Shown: positions 27,401 through 40,151, counted from the whole stretch's first letter. The stretch: DNA of 63,493 nucleotides, filler included, from Lenisia limosa (GCA_001655205.1; 10 parts of 10 records of this genome joined end to end with filler, not necessarily neighbours in it), one strand, 5' to 3'. Notes: generated from the sequence alone by a model not told the origin. Program-made: numbers and translations.

Positions 27401-29344
27401 GTCACAAAGGTGTACCTTAGACACTCAGGCTCGATTATGATCACAGGTAGGGACTTGACTCTACCTGTCGCTTAAATGTTTAAATATCGGAAATCTTACT
27501 ATTATGAGTCGCTTCAAATGGTTCAACTTGTGACATTGTTATGAACGATAAATTTTGGATTGGGTTTCTGAAAATCCTGTCATGATACCTAAATGAAGGC
27601 TGCTCTCTTTTGTCACAGTATTACTGATTTGGTGTTGACCCTGTTATCCTGTTTTCCATAGACACTGGTGAATACTACGGACGAGGCTCTCAAACCAGAT
27701 CTGCCCAATTCTGTATTAGTGCCCCTACTACCGCCACTCAAGCCCATGTCAAGGTATGCTAAGAAGTTGTGCTTTACAGTAACACAAAAACGATTCCCCG
27801 TATCTCTTCAGAATGGTTGAATTGACAACCGAGTGTTCTAACTTGGGTATAAATATGGAACAACTTTCTTTCGTGCACCACAGCAGTGTTTGTAGCGTAT
27901 TGTTATATTTTCGATAGTCTTGACCAATTTACATGGGGATACTGGTGGTCCAAACCCCACACCTCCAATAGCTCTCTAACAGTTCCATTAAACTAAGATG
28001 TCAGTATTTTGTCACCAATTCTAGGGTAACGATGGAGTCGGCCTGCAAGGCAAGGCGGTGGAGGCTCATTGTAACCTTGGAACCTGCGCTATTCTGGCAA
28101 GTCTGCTTTGTATATCTATAGGTTGACCAAATTTCTCTTAATGACCGAATATCGATACATGATGGGATTTTCAAGACCATCTTTTGATCTCAAAAGTGGA
28201 ACCAATATATTGATTGTTTCAGATGACGGAGAAGTATACCTCTGTTCACTTGATACTATTACCGTTGACGGTGTTGCGGCCAGTGGTGGCACCCCGGTAT
28301 GTTGTTTTCAAATCTTCAATGTTTTGGCGATTGGGGATATCTATGACATGTACATCTCACGGAGATTGCTCTTCTTCTCGTAACGTGTCAGTTTGGTGAT
28401 TTTATGATTTTGCTCATTTCTCACCTTCTCATCATTTGATATAATATGGTATGGTATGGTTTTACTTCCTGTCTAATATCTAAGACCTCAGGTTTTGGCT
28501 TAAACAGTTCGTTTTGACAGCCTTCCCCTTATTCAGCAAACCATCATTATGCTTTTCTTCCCTCTTAACGAAACTGACCAAGTTCAGCGTAGTATCACCA
28601 GTGCAGTCAACACTGGTTGTTCTAGCGGCAAAAGAAACAAACTCAGTAGCACGTACTACGGTATTGCCTTCTTTGGAAGTAACCTGGGAAATGATTGGGT
28701 GATATATGATTGATATCACCTTGGGATGGGGAAATTATTTGATGAACATTGGCTGTTTCTGAGTTTCGTACAACGAGGACCTAATAGTCTGTTCTGATGA
28801 ATTTTACCTCTCACATTTAACATTGTTAATCATGACTTTTTCTCACATTTGAAGCCTGTCCTGGTACCTACGGTATCATTCAACAACATCCAAAGGTTCT
28901 TTGCTCAACCACTGCTCCTGAGTTCACTGTATGACGATATTAGTAAATAATAATTGTGTTATACAGCCGAGAGATTATTGTCGATGATATTTTCACATCA
29001 TTCATAAATCATTCACTTGCTTAATATTTATTGATGACCTTCTTTTCACTTCCCCTCTTTGGTCACCCCATCAGTTGAGTGAAATCACGAGTCTACCAGG
29101 TACCTATCGCGACCTTTCTATCAATTTTGAACATGCACTTGCGGTAAATTAACTTTTGTTCCTGCCTTCGTTTGTATTTCTAGATATTATGTTTTCTGTT
29201 GGTGCCATCAGTTACCCTTCAACTAACGTATGTGACATCACTTAAGAGATCCATCTCCTTGACTAGATGTTTCACGAACCTAAAATTTGGACACGACAAT
29301 CTCTCTCGTTACTTGTGGTTACCAGAGAGTCAGAGACGGAAAAG
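24480..29344 (+). CDS. Large multi-exon protein with RCC1/BLIP-II-like beta-propeller repeats
   Basis: Exons include DDTLKCMGRNSMGEVAG...NP, ENGEVYTWGYSMHHQ...TPT, DGTFYGGGYG, DTGEYYGRGS and SDDGEVYLC. Start not resolved. Confidence 0.65.
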
Positions 29345-29439
29345 GTGAACGTAAAGTATTTCATCATTTTTATTGCAAAACTGGAGTTAAAGAAAGCGTG
29401 GGATGTTTTGTCCAGTTGGAATCCAGCTGTTGCTATATA

Positions 29440-30130
29440 TTTCAAATAATACATCGATCCCCGTGCATCACAACCCTTTTACTTGCGACGATTCTAATTA
29501 CAATCCATCAGTGTAGGAAAGTGGAATTGCGTGCAAGTAAGACGAGAAAAGTTGTTTATGATATAGCAAAATTCGACAATGATAGTATAATCCCTGGTAC
29601 TGACTCTTTTGAATTTTCAAATTATACATCGATCTTCTCGGTACACCCGCCACTACATGGTAGTGGAGACTTGATGCAGGGTGACCGGTGTGCTCCAAGG
29701 AACATCGATCCCCATGCATCACAATCCATTTACTTGCGACCATACTGATTGCAATCCTTCTGTTACTTCATTAGGAAAGTGGAATTGAGTGCAAGTAAGA
29801 TAAGAAAAGTTGTTCATGGTATAGCAAAATTCGACATTAATAGTATAATGTTCAACACAAGTGGCATAGACATAAGGAAATGTCACAGTTGTTTCATAAG
29901 TGGCCCCAGAATATTGGAAAACCTGAAGAATGGATGAAAAAAAAAACATTATTGATATAATTGATCCCTATACTGAGTGCAATCCTTCATTGAGTGCAAG
30001 TAAGATAAGAAAAGTTGTTCATGATACAGCAAAATTCGACATTTATAGATTACTGATTTTGATTATTTCCATACATCGATCCCCATGCATCATGACTACG
30101 CAAATGCCATCAAAGCAGAACACTCCGAAA
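29440..30130. repeat. Degenerate ~250-bp tandem array (3-4 units), resuming at 31755-31850
   Basis: Recurring blocks acatcgatccccatgcatca and aggaaagtggaattgagtgcaagtaagataagaaaagttgtt...gcaaaattcgacat. Confidence 0.8.
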
Positions 30131-30139
30131 ATCTAAGGA

Positions 30140-31750
30140 CCTTATTTCCCCTTTTCGCGGTTGTTAACTTGTTAGCAGAGGACCCCTCGTGCTATACCCG
30201 GGTCCGATCGAGCCGGGTCGACGGAAATGACGATGACACCCAGATTTCGGTTACATAAAAGATCCATATAAACACACTTCTCAGGACACAAATAGCCGAT
30301 GGAAAGGCGAGGGTATCAGAAATGTACCCACATCAAGGGAAATGGCATTTCGAGCATCCCAGAGCCCTGGTCCAAATGTCATGAAGTGAGGAAAATAGTA
30401 GTCCCGAGCAATTTATAGGGATCTATGTGCCGAGTGAGTGAGAATGTGGGGTGTTGCGCTAGTTGAAGCGTAAAAGAAAAAAAATATCACTAAACAAGCA
30501 AACAGCAATTTACACAGCTTCCATCTCAGACGGTATGATGGTGTAGCCGGCTTCGCTGCGCTCAATGTCGTCAGGCGAGAACGAGAAGACGACTTGAAAG
30601 AGGGAAAGGACCCTGCGACGGTATTCGGATATCTGGTCGACGGCGTTCTGGCGGAAGTAAAGTGCAACGGCCCGGTCGCCCCGGAGCTTCCACCTTCCGT
30701 GGGCAGCGACATGCCGGATGTTGAAGCCCAGGGCGCTGAGAGTAATGGCTGCGCCGGACCTGAAGGAGTGGCCCAAGATTACCACCTGGGCGCCGGACTT
30801 CGTGGTAATGATAGGGACCAGTTTCTGAAGTCAACCACGGAATAAGGGGAGTCGTCCGGATTGCGTAATAGGGGCAAAATGGGCGGGCAGGCGTTGGTTG
30901 AGGGAAGGGTGTTTCGTGAGATGATTGACGAGTGGGTAAATGCAAAAGCCAGAGTGCGAATGCGGGTTGTCCGGGAGCGGAATGAATGGTGAGGTCTTGT
31001 CGGTTTTGGTCCACTTGTACAAGACCTCGATGAAATGTAACGTGTGTTTGAAACCGGGGACTCCGGACGCGACGACGCGTATGTTGGCAACAGTGGGGAA
31101 GCGGGTTGGTGAGAAATCGCTGCCAGCCCAGGGCGATATGGGAGTCGTGGAGGAAAGGAGACCAGAGTCTGAGGGCCTGAAGAACGGCGGCAACCTCGGC
31201 GGTGTGAATCGGGCATCCGGGCGGCGCCGAGGAGATAAGATATCTCAAAAGGGACGCCTTCATCGAATTCGGGTGCTGATAGAGATATTTGGGCAGTGAA
31301 AAAGTCGTCTAGGTAACACGTGGTGGTTTCGATGCAGATGTGGGGTTTGTTGCAGGTTGGTTCGAGCCCAAATCCGGCCCGAAAGATGGTTTGTCGTGAA
31401 GTGATAAGGCGCCGCTGTTGAAGGCAGAATTGCATTCCGCCATATGTGGAGGGAAGCGAGGGAAAAGTGGTGGAAGGCTTCGGATCTTCGAGTGGCCGAA
31501 GGGGAGCCTCGTATAGTGTCCCGTGATCCCAGATGCTGAAAATTTCCTCTTTTGAAATTGCGATTGATTAAAAGAGGGTATTTTTTTCACAATTCACTAT
31601 TAGAAACACAGCGGTTCAGTTCACAGTTCAGTTCACATTGTGAGACTTAAATCGTAACTGAGGCCAACTTCCCTGATCAGGATCCTGTGCTGTCACGCAA
31701 AAACCCACGCCAACTACCTTGACTTGAACCACTTAGGCAATTTTTGGGGT
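30140..31750 (-). mobile_element. Internally deleted tyrosine-recombinase retrotransposon (DIRS/Ngaro-like)
   Basis: In 5'-3' order on the minus strand: RLPFG (RT), CYLDDFF (RT catalytic), PIHTAEVAAVLQALRLWSPFL (RNase H), then YR motifs KWTKTDK, GHSFRSGAA, HGRWK and LYFR. More GC-rich than the flanks; ends approximate. Confidence 0.85.
30510..31193 (-). pseudogene. Tyrosine recombinase catalytic domain with one in-frame TGA (30831-30833)
   Basis: ORFs 30831-31193 and 30510-30785 are in the same frame and read PLFRG*LQKLVPIITTKSGAQVVILGHSFRSGAA. Confidence 0.85.
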
Positions 31751-32209
31751 CGAAACGTTAAGGAAAGTAGAATTGAGTGCTGCAGTGCCAAGTAAGACAA
31801 GAAAAGTTGTTGCTGATACAGTAAATATCGACATTGATAGTGGTTTTTTTTCTTCTTCCTTTCTCCAGGGCATAATAGAATAATAGAGACACATAGAGGA
31901 CACATAGACACATAACAAGAAAGGAGAAGAAGAGTTCACGAACAATGGATTCCCCCGGTTTCTGGTACCTCTTCCTGCTGTGTGGCATCTTCTCTGGTGC
32001 TGTGTCTTTCAAATAGTACGAGGAAGTTTTTTTTTTTGGAATGACCCCCCCCCCCCTCCCATATTTAATCATCAACCTCTTGGCAGAGATGCAGTTACAA
32101 AGCAGCTCCCTCTCCTCTCTACTTTGATGTATCAGTAGTTCTCATTTATGTGTTCCTTTTTCTTATTTAACAATCAATGTGATCACTTTCTTGTAATAAT
32201 AATAAACAG

Positions 32210-34821
32210 CTCAACTGGAGGCAAGATGGTTGGCGAGTTTGAGACGGCCGTGAAGGACAACCATCCTGTGATCAAGGTTGGTGTACGGCGCAATATTATA
32301 TCATATCATTACTACTAGCTTTACCTTTTTTTATGTACCAAAATGAGAAAAGTGAGTATCTAGCGTGTATGGCAAAGCTGAGTCATTCCCCCGTCCCTCC
32401 TGTACATTTCCATGCTGACTTTCACTGCATACACAAAGGACTCGGAAATCAAAGTGCAATTAGGCACTAGTATACCCTTGCTTGTGATCTTACACAAGAA
32501 AGGCCTTCTCTAGAAATATGTCCGATTCACACCTTCAGCAACAACACGATGAATTAATGTCCACTGTAAATGCATTGGTTGGTGGTTTGTGAATTCTGCT
32601 TGCTATTCAAGAATTCTAAACTGTGTAATAGATCATATGATGAATTTAGTTGTTGCATTCATTATTTAAGTTAAACTGTGGACCTCCTACACTACCTGAT
32701 GGGGCTACGGTTGACTGCCAAGGAGCATCTTGCACTGTTGGAGGATATTAAATGGACCTAATATTTTTGAGACAATTTGGGCCATTTTTTCTGTTTGCTA
32801 TCAGTGTTATGATGAATCCTAGGTGACCTGTAGTACCCCCTATGTCTCATTTCCTCCATCCATATCGTGTGTTGGACGAGCATGGGATGTTGTACCCATT
32901 TGCGCAGTCTGTATGCATGTATCTACTTGGTAGTGTTTGATAATATAGTACTATATATCATAGCTATTAAATGAAAATTGAAAGAAAGCTTGAATAACCA
33001 ATTCAGCATCTTGTGAATCTGCCAAAGCCAATGGGCATGGTGGGCTGGGGGGGGGGGGGGANNNNNNNNNNNNNNNNNNNNNNNNNNNNNNNNTAAAGAA
33101 CTTGGAAGATATGCATATCATATGTTAAAGAATAGGTAAAAAAAACAACATTACGGTATGACTCCGCTTCTGTCCCCTCTTAACCTTTGTAGCCGCTGCA
33201 GAGGCTCTTGATGTTTTGATAGATGACGTGTCAACACCCATGTTCTGTGACAACCGCCGTATGTTACTTCCATACCTTACNNNNNNNNNNNNNNNNNNNN
33301 NNNNNNNNNNNNNNNNNNNNNNNNNNNNNNNNNNNNNNNNNNNNNNNNNNNNNNNNNNNNATATATGGCCACTCTAGTAATTATTTCAGCATCCGCGCCA
33401 CTTTCTGGAGGATGGATGCTTGTTCGTCACTGGGCCGCTCCTATGACCGTTTGTGCGCCTCCAACAGAAACAGATACCGGTAGGGGTATCTTCGTATCTA
33501 ATCTTATCTGAAATACTATAGTAAAGAATAGATGTTATATGATATGAAGAAGAAATCGATGGAAGATAGGGCTAGCAGGGCAAACTACCCAGACCAAACT
33601 GAATGCATTAACAGAATGTCCTGGCCTTTTTAGAACAAAATAACTGTACACAGGGACTGTGTCATGGGGCACTAACTCCTTGGACCCTGTTAGTACGACC
33701 AGCTTTGGTATTAAGTACGTTGGAGGGAGGGGGCGGAATCCTGTGCAAGGGATTGAGAATTACAATCAATATCTGAGCTTTGGGTGGTTTTGTATTTTCT
33801 ATATCAACAGTCCCCCCCTTTTTTTTTATTCTCCTAAGTGTTTTATCAATAATCACAGTGTTCCTGAATAATTTCTTACATAAAACCAAATATTACCACA
33901 AAAACTTTTGTTGTAGTTTTTTTGATGTACGATTATGTTTTGGACGACATATGATGTATATTATATGATACAAAGATGTAAAAAGCATAACACATCTGTG
34001 ATAAATATTGTATGATACAAGCAATGAAATTTCTAATGCTATAGGTATAATCATTTGGCATGGAATGAGACCATGTACTCGTTCGGTGACCTCTCGAAAT
34101 GGATTGTCTTCACGAAAGAGGTTATAAACACTACTGGGGTAAGCTATAATTGTTTTATTACAGTTAGATGTATTTTTTCATTTCAAGCCGTTCCAGCCCA
34201 AGCATTTACATATTCTTAGAATGAGGATTGTTATGTCCAAAATGATGTTGTTTCAAGCAGTGCTGTTGCTGGGGCCCATACCGTGAGAGGGGAGTATGTT
34301 TTTTTTTTGCTGTGGATACTTTAGTCCAAAATAAAAATGGATTGTTTTAGTGTAGTCCCTTTTCTACACAACNNNNNNNNNNNNNNNNNNNNNNNNNNNN
34401 NNNNNNNNNNNNNNNNNNNNNNNNNNNNNNNNNNNNNNNNNNNNNNNNNNNNNNNNNNNNNNNNNNNNNNNNNNNNNNNNNNNNNNNNNNNNNNNNNNTC
34501 CCAGGTTGCTCAGTGTTTCCGCTCCAAGGCTGAAGACCCATGGATCACGGTTGTCGACCACATGCCCCTTATCACACATGAAAGTGATTCTGACTTCCTG
34601 TGGTGTGAGGCTAATTACTCTGGTGGGAAGGGCAGAAGGAGTCTTTTTCTTTGACTCTACCTGGATCCGGTTTAATATTTTATTCTTGGTTTTACTTATC
34701 AGATAATATTCTTATAATATGCTGAATGGTAACGCTTGGAACACATTTAATTCTTTCAGGTGATGTGCGGCGATTTGTTCAGGCTAATCTCTACGGTGGA
34801 TGGTCTGTGTATATCAGGTAG
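32210..34821 (+). CDS. Multi-exon protein with a C-terminal GGW...EDPW...VYIR domain (loosely fibrinogen-C/intelectin-like)
   Basis: Exons give SGGWMLVRHW, GTVSWGTNSLDP, MYSFGDLSKWIVF, CFRSKAEDPWITVVDH and GGWSVYIR* (TAG 34819-34821). May be the 3' part of the RCC1 gene. Confidence 0.65.
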
Positions 34822-35269
34822 TTACTGATGTTCGCTATTGTATTGATTTATATATTTTCTCAGTTTCTTTGCACCTTGGATTTGATCTGGATGAACTAAG
34901 CCAGCCTGACACCAGTTGGACACCAGCCTGAACTAAGGGAAGGGGAGGTAACGAGCAGCATGAGACGCAGAGCTCCGCGGCGGGGTAGCACCGCGGCGGA
35001 GTAGCCCCGCTAGGGAAAAACTAAGCAGCACTCTGAACAAACTCCTCGGCTTCGCCACCCCAGGCGGCTTCGCATGTTCAGCTGTGAACCTCAGATTCAA
35101 AGTGCTAAGCAGCTTCTTGTTGGGTTAAAAAAGATCAAGTTTTTCCCGTGTACCATATAATCCTGGAGGGTACACGTTTAGGGGGCGAATTTTGTTTTTT
35201 TTGAAAAAAACGCGCATTATAATTATAAACCCCTATCACAACTTTTTAAAGTTATTATAACCAGACATA

Positions 35270-38200
35270 ATGGATATTCAGAAGAAGAAGCGTACTCCCT
35301 CCCAGGAACTCCAATGCCGAGTTTTTTCACGTTGGGTTGACCAAAAGCTGCGCCCTACTGGTGTTCAAGTATGTATTTTTCTTAAGAAAGGATTTTTTAC
35401 CCACTTCCAGGTCACCGATGTTGTTGAGGACTTCCAAGATGGTACCAAGTTGATCCAGCTCATGTCGGTTCTCTCTGAGAAGCGTATGAGGCGTATATTG
35501 AAATATTTTCACATCAGTTGAATTTGGGGAAATCTTATCTTTCCAGCTGCTCCCAAGTATAACAAGAACCCCAAAATGAAGCCCCATGTTATTGGTAAGT
35601 GAGGGACTGGTTGATTAGTCCGTAGAAGAACCCACCACTGATTTCTCTGTCAGATTAAGGGGCTCTCACTATTTTTTTGTCCAGAACCTCAAAGTCTCAT
35701 ATTCTTTTAGACAACATCTGCATTGCTCTCGACTTTGTCTGGTCTGTCATTGGCAAGAACGCTATGAAGTTTGTGGAAATATTTTTTTTAAGAGCAAAAA
35801 TAATACCATGAGTAAGACATACATATGATGAAATTGTATTCCTTGAAATGGTGTTTGATAGATATTCTTTCACTTATCCTCAAGGATCCCCCCTCAAGCT
35901 GAGGACCTCTTTGATAAGAACGCCCGTGCTATTGTTGGTAAGCTAGATGGGGTAAATGTACTCAGGAGAAACTTCTTGGGCCTCTAGTGCTATTATGAAG
36001 AGATGTTTTATCACCAAATAGCCCTCGTCTGGACCATCATGCAGCGTTTCATCAAGCTCGGTGACGACGAAGACGTCATGACCCCCAAGGAGACCCTTCT
36101 CATGTGGCTCAAGCAGAAAACCCAAGGGTGGGCTTTGTTTCTTTTACTTTGCTCTTTTTCCAAACTTACTTTTTCAGCTACGAAGGTGTTGCTATTGAGA
36201 ACCTTACCTCCTCTTTCGACAACGTGAGCGGGAGGGTAATCATGTTTCTTGTTTTGTTCCGCTGTTTTCGCTAATATTTTGTTTCTTCTTACTTTGGATG
36301 ACCACCGCAGGGAAAGGCACTTTGCGCTCTCATTCACCGCCACCGCCCGGCTCTCATCGACTACGACGCTCTCACTAACGTAAGCAGACAAATTTATCCA
36401 ACAGATCTGGGGAGGGGGTATCAGGAAGGCGGATTAGTTTTGTGCCACGTTATCCAGTGGAGGTCACTGATCTGTTAAGGATGGAGTCAAGAATGTTGAG
36501 ATTGCCATGGAGGCTGCTGTGAAGTACTTCGAGCATGACAAGTTCATTACCGCTGAGGAGTTTATGACTCTTGATGAGAAGCTCATGGTTAGTGTCACCT
36601 TCTTTCCCTCTTTTCCTGTGCTTCTTTGCTTTTGAACAATTGTTTTAAAAAATTGATTGATTATCATAATGTTGAGGAAGCACGCAGAAAGCTGTGTGCA
36701 CAGAGTTTTAAGGCAAATGATTGGGTGAATTAAATTTTACTATAATCCAATACCCCTTATAAGCGTAATGATGTGGACGGCTTCGGCAAGACACAACCTT
36801 GTATTTTTATTTCCCATCTCTCTATCATAATACTTCTTAACGGGGTTAGACCGTTTACATTGTGGAGTACTACATGGGTATTGCTGAGATGCGCAAACTT
36901 GACCTCGCTGCCAAGTCCATCCACAAGGTCGTTGTCTTCACCAAGGTGGGCGCCTCCTTCGTTGTTTGTCGATACTTTGTATGAAGTATCGGAAGATATT
37001 TGTCCGAAGGGTTGCTATCTGGACTTTGGTGATAGTTTTGTACTTCATGGATTTGCGTCACGTCCATCAGGTCAACGACGAACTTAAGGAGCAGTTCAAG
37101 GGTGAGGTCGAAAAGTTCAAGACTCGTCTCGAATCCGTGGGGGGGGGGGTCACAGCAATACAAACATGGAAATTGGACGGTGAAAGGAGGCTCTCTTCAG
37201 TCATGCATCTGACCGCATGGCAGGTCAAGGCCGTTCTTAATGACCGCACCGTGGACAACACCATGGCCGGGGCAGAGGCCAAGCTCCAGCAGTTCTACGA
37301 CTACAAGCNNNNNNNNNNNNNNNNNNNNNNNNNNNNNNNNNNNNNNNNNNNNNNNNNNNNNNNNNNNNNNNNNNNNNNNNNNNNNNNNNNNNNNNNNNNN
37401 NNNNNNNNNNNNNNNNNNNNNNNNATTGAGGGTCAGCTTATGCTCGAATCGCTCTACAACCAGATTGCCATGAGGTGAGGGAGGTTGTAATATGCAGCAC
37501 CGCAGCGGAATTATCCCAAATGGCGTTTCAAATTATTTGCCAATTCATAAGAACTATTTTACCACCTTAAATTGTCTAAATCCTCTCCCTTTTCACACTG
37601 CAGCTATTCGTTTTTTTTTATTATTATTGCATTTATCCCCCCCCCCCCCCCNNNNNNNNNNNNNNNNNNNNNNNNNNNNNNNNNNNNNNNNNNNNNNNNN
37701 NNNNNNNNNNNNNNNNNNNNNNNNNNNNNNNNNNNNNNNNNNNNNNNNNNNNNNNNNNNNNNNNNNNNNNNGAAATGGTGGGTGAGGGGGGGGGGGTTGA
37801 TGATGACAAGCGTTTGATTTTTTTTGTTTTGTGTTTCGCCAATGAGTTAATTGGTTCTTGTATCCTAGCTTGTTACTCCCTCGCAGAACCTTCTTGAGAA
37901 GACCGAGGCCGAGCGTGCCATTGCTCTTCACGCCGAAATCAACAGGCAGAACAAGCTTGTTGCCATCCATGCCACACACGCCGTCAAGTGCGTTACTGCT
38001 ACTTCAACAGATATTCATTTACAATTATCATATATGAAACGTGTTTATAAGTTCTGTCCGACCAAAGTCACCCTAAATTAATGCCTAAAATACGAAAGAT
38101 ATTTCAGCAATGACATCCCCAGGGAAGGCAAACTCCAAGCCTGGCTTGCTACCAAGAAGGACTCCCTCCAAGCCATGAAGGACCTGGTTGTGGACTCTGT

Positions 38201-39822
38201 TTCTCAGGTTTGCAATATTGTGGTTTCCCTTGCCATTTTTCTTTGTTCTGGAACCCTTTTTTTGCTGGACAATGAATATAGCATACTCTGGAGGGGAAAG
38301 AAAGAAGCTTACTTGGCAGGCTGAGCTCCAACTCCGTCTCCTTGCCTCCTTCGAGGCTGAATTCGAGGCTATCAAGGCTGACGGCATTCCCGACCTCAAG
38401 AGTGTTGGTGCCGAGCTTCAGGCCGAATCGTGGGGGGGGGGGGCAAAATGCTAGTCCGAGGGGAGGGAGGNNNNNNNNNNNNNNNNNNNNNNNNNNNNNN
38501 NNNNNNNNNNNNNNNNNNNNNNNNNNNNNNNNNNNNNNNNNNNNNNNCTTCTAACGGCTTAGTTTCGAGAAGATGGAAGAGGTCACTGCATCCGAGGCCA
38601 ACATTGACGCGCTCGTATGCAGTGATAAACAGTTCTCCTTGCTCACCACCTTACCCACTGTTTTTCAAGGCATCAACCCTGTTTTTCCTATAGTATTGAC
38701 CACCAGGCTGTTTCTCTCGAGGAGCTGAAGACCGCCCTGCAACCCGTTCTCGACGACCACCTCAAGCGCGAGACCTTCAGAGCCAAGGTGGGCATGGTCA
38801 ATCAAGGCAATAACTACAAAAGAGCCCTTACTAACTAGTATTTTTGTTTTGGATTTGATATCTTAGTTTTATTACCTTACCATACCATGCATCTTATCGC
38901 TCACCCTGCAGATCAACCTTGATGTCAGACAACAAGCCGCTCGCGCCACCGATTGTGAGACCTGGGCACAGAACAAGGAGGAAACCCTCAAGGCTGTACC
39001 CGACGCCTACCCCAATGTCGCCTCCGCCGGTGAGCTGAATAATGCATTACTAGGAGTTTTTGGGTACTGCCTGGCTATCTATGTACAAAAATTGGTTTGA
39101 CTTTGTTTAGCTCAGCAACTTTCCGAACTTGATGCTCACACCGAGTCCAAGGTGAGACCCTTATGTAACTTGAGTATTCGATGCTGGTTGCCCTCATCCC
39201 AGTCGGAGTGCTTAATTGATATTTCCACTCAGTAGCTTTTTCCCTTTACGTTGACAGGTCAACGCCGATGCGGAACTCACTAAGACCGTCGAAGCCGGTG
39301 TTGCCGCTGCTGAGGCCAAGGTCGGTGCTACTATAATAATGAGGCATCCGTTGTTGGCGATGTGAGGTGTGAATGAGATGATATTTCCATTTTAATGGGA
39401 TGCGGTGCTGCAGAAGCCTGGGCTTTGTTTGTTTTATTTTTCCCAACCCTCATGTGTTGTCAGCCAATAGAGTTGATTCTGGGCTATGTTTTTTGTTTCA
39501 TAAATTTTTTAATTTTACCCCCCCCCCCCCTAGTATGATTCCGAATATTCCACCTGGACCCACCCTGAGGCCGAGGAAATCAAGGCCCGCGGTCAGACCA
39601 TGATCGAGCGCTACGCTGCCCTCTCCGGTTTGCTGAGGCAACGAGGCTCTTTTTGGCACTGTAACCAAAAACTTATGTCTTACCATGCAGAACTCATGAC
39701 CAGCACTCGCACCATTGTTGATACCGCCCACACCCTGGAAGTTTCCAAGGAGGAAGCCCGTCTTGCCTTTGCTAACCAAGCTCTCAGCCTCGTGAGACAC
39801 GCCAGAGACGCCAAGGTGAGCG
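35270..39822 (+). CDS. Alpha-actinin-like protein (two CH domains plus spectrin repeats), 3'-truncated at contig end
   Basis: QCRVFSRWVDQKL, EDFQDGTKLIQLMSVLS, WTIMQRF, KETLLMWLKQKT, GKALCALIHRHRPALIDY and LDEKLM|TVYIVEYY; three helical repeats and the start of a fourth; strongly biased codons. Confidence 0.88.
36670..36825 (+). repeat. Intronic dispersed repeat family B (other copies or fragments near 4945, 7238, 7720, 12841, 41772, 42285, 43030, 44828, 48850, 50281, 60868)
   Basis: Shared consensus ...gaggcacgcagaaagctgtgtgcacagag...ataagcgtgatgatgtggacggcttcggccagatacaaccttgtattttatttctcat. Confidence 0.85.
39397..39533 (+). repeat. Intronic dispersed repeat family A ending at the 3' splice site (alpha-actinin intron)
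   Basis: gggatgcggtgctgcag...agagttgatt...gtttcataaatt...ttttacC(n)tag| is followed in frame by exon YDSEYSTW. Confidence 0.85.
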
Positions 39823-40049
39823 NNNNNNNNNNNNNNNNNNNNNNNNNNNNNNNNNNNNNNNNNNNNTTAATTAATTAANNNNNNNNNNNNNNNNNNNNNN
39901 NNNNNNNNNNNNNNNNNNNNNNGTACGAGTTCATTTTATCTTTTGTTGCGTACGTCATAACAAACACTAATCTGATGAGGTGTTAAGGGGAGGTTTGTCA
40001 AGGAGTGATTATTATATCAGTCACAATTTCACTAGAATAATAGCATTTG

Positions 40050-40151
40050 TAGAGGGCTTCACTTCGGTTTGAAAAAAAACCGGCAAAATATCGATAGTTT
40101 TCGAGGATTTATCGAGAAATTCAGTCTTTTTTCAACCGAAGTGAAGCTCTA
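40050..40151. mobile_element. hAT-type MITE (family M); further copies at 40713-40801, 41099-41185, 41930-42030, 42956-43029 (truncated), 43336-43435, 43813-43900
   Basis: Same TIR (gggcttcacttcggtt / aaccgaagtgaagc) and internal tatcga motifs. Confidence 0.85.

Noticed and set aside
28480-28719. Minus-strand ORF resembling a gene
   Set aside because: The plus strand has a properly bounded exon (QTIIMLFFPLNE...GNDW) consistent with the surrounding gene.
30594-31299. Plus-strand ORFs 30594-30845 and 30940-31299
   Set aside because: Antisense shadows of the GC-rich YR element, with no motifs.
35270-39822. Giant spectrin-like protein longer than alpha-actinin
   Set aside because: Only three repeats plus the start of a fourth are visible before the contig ends, which is compatible with ordinary alpha-actinin.
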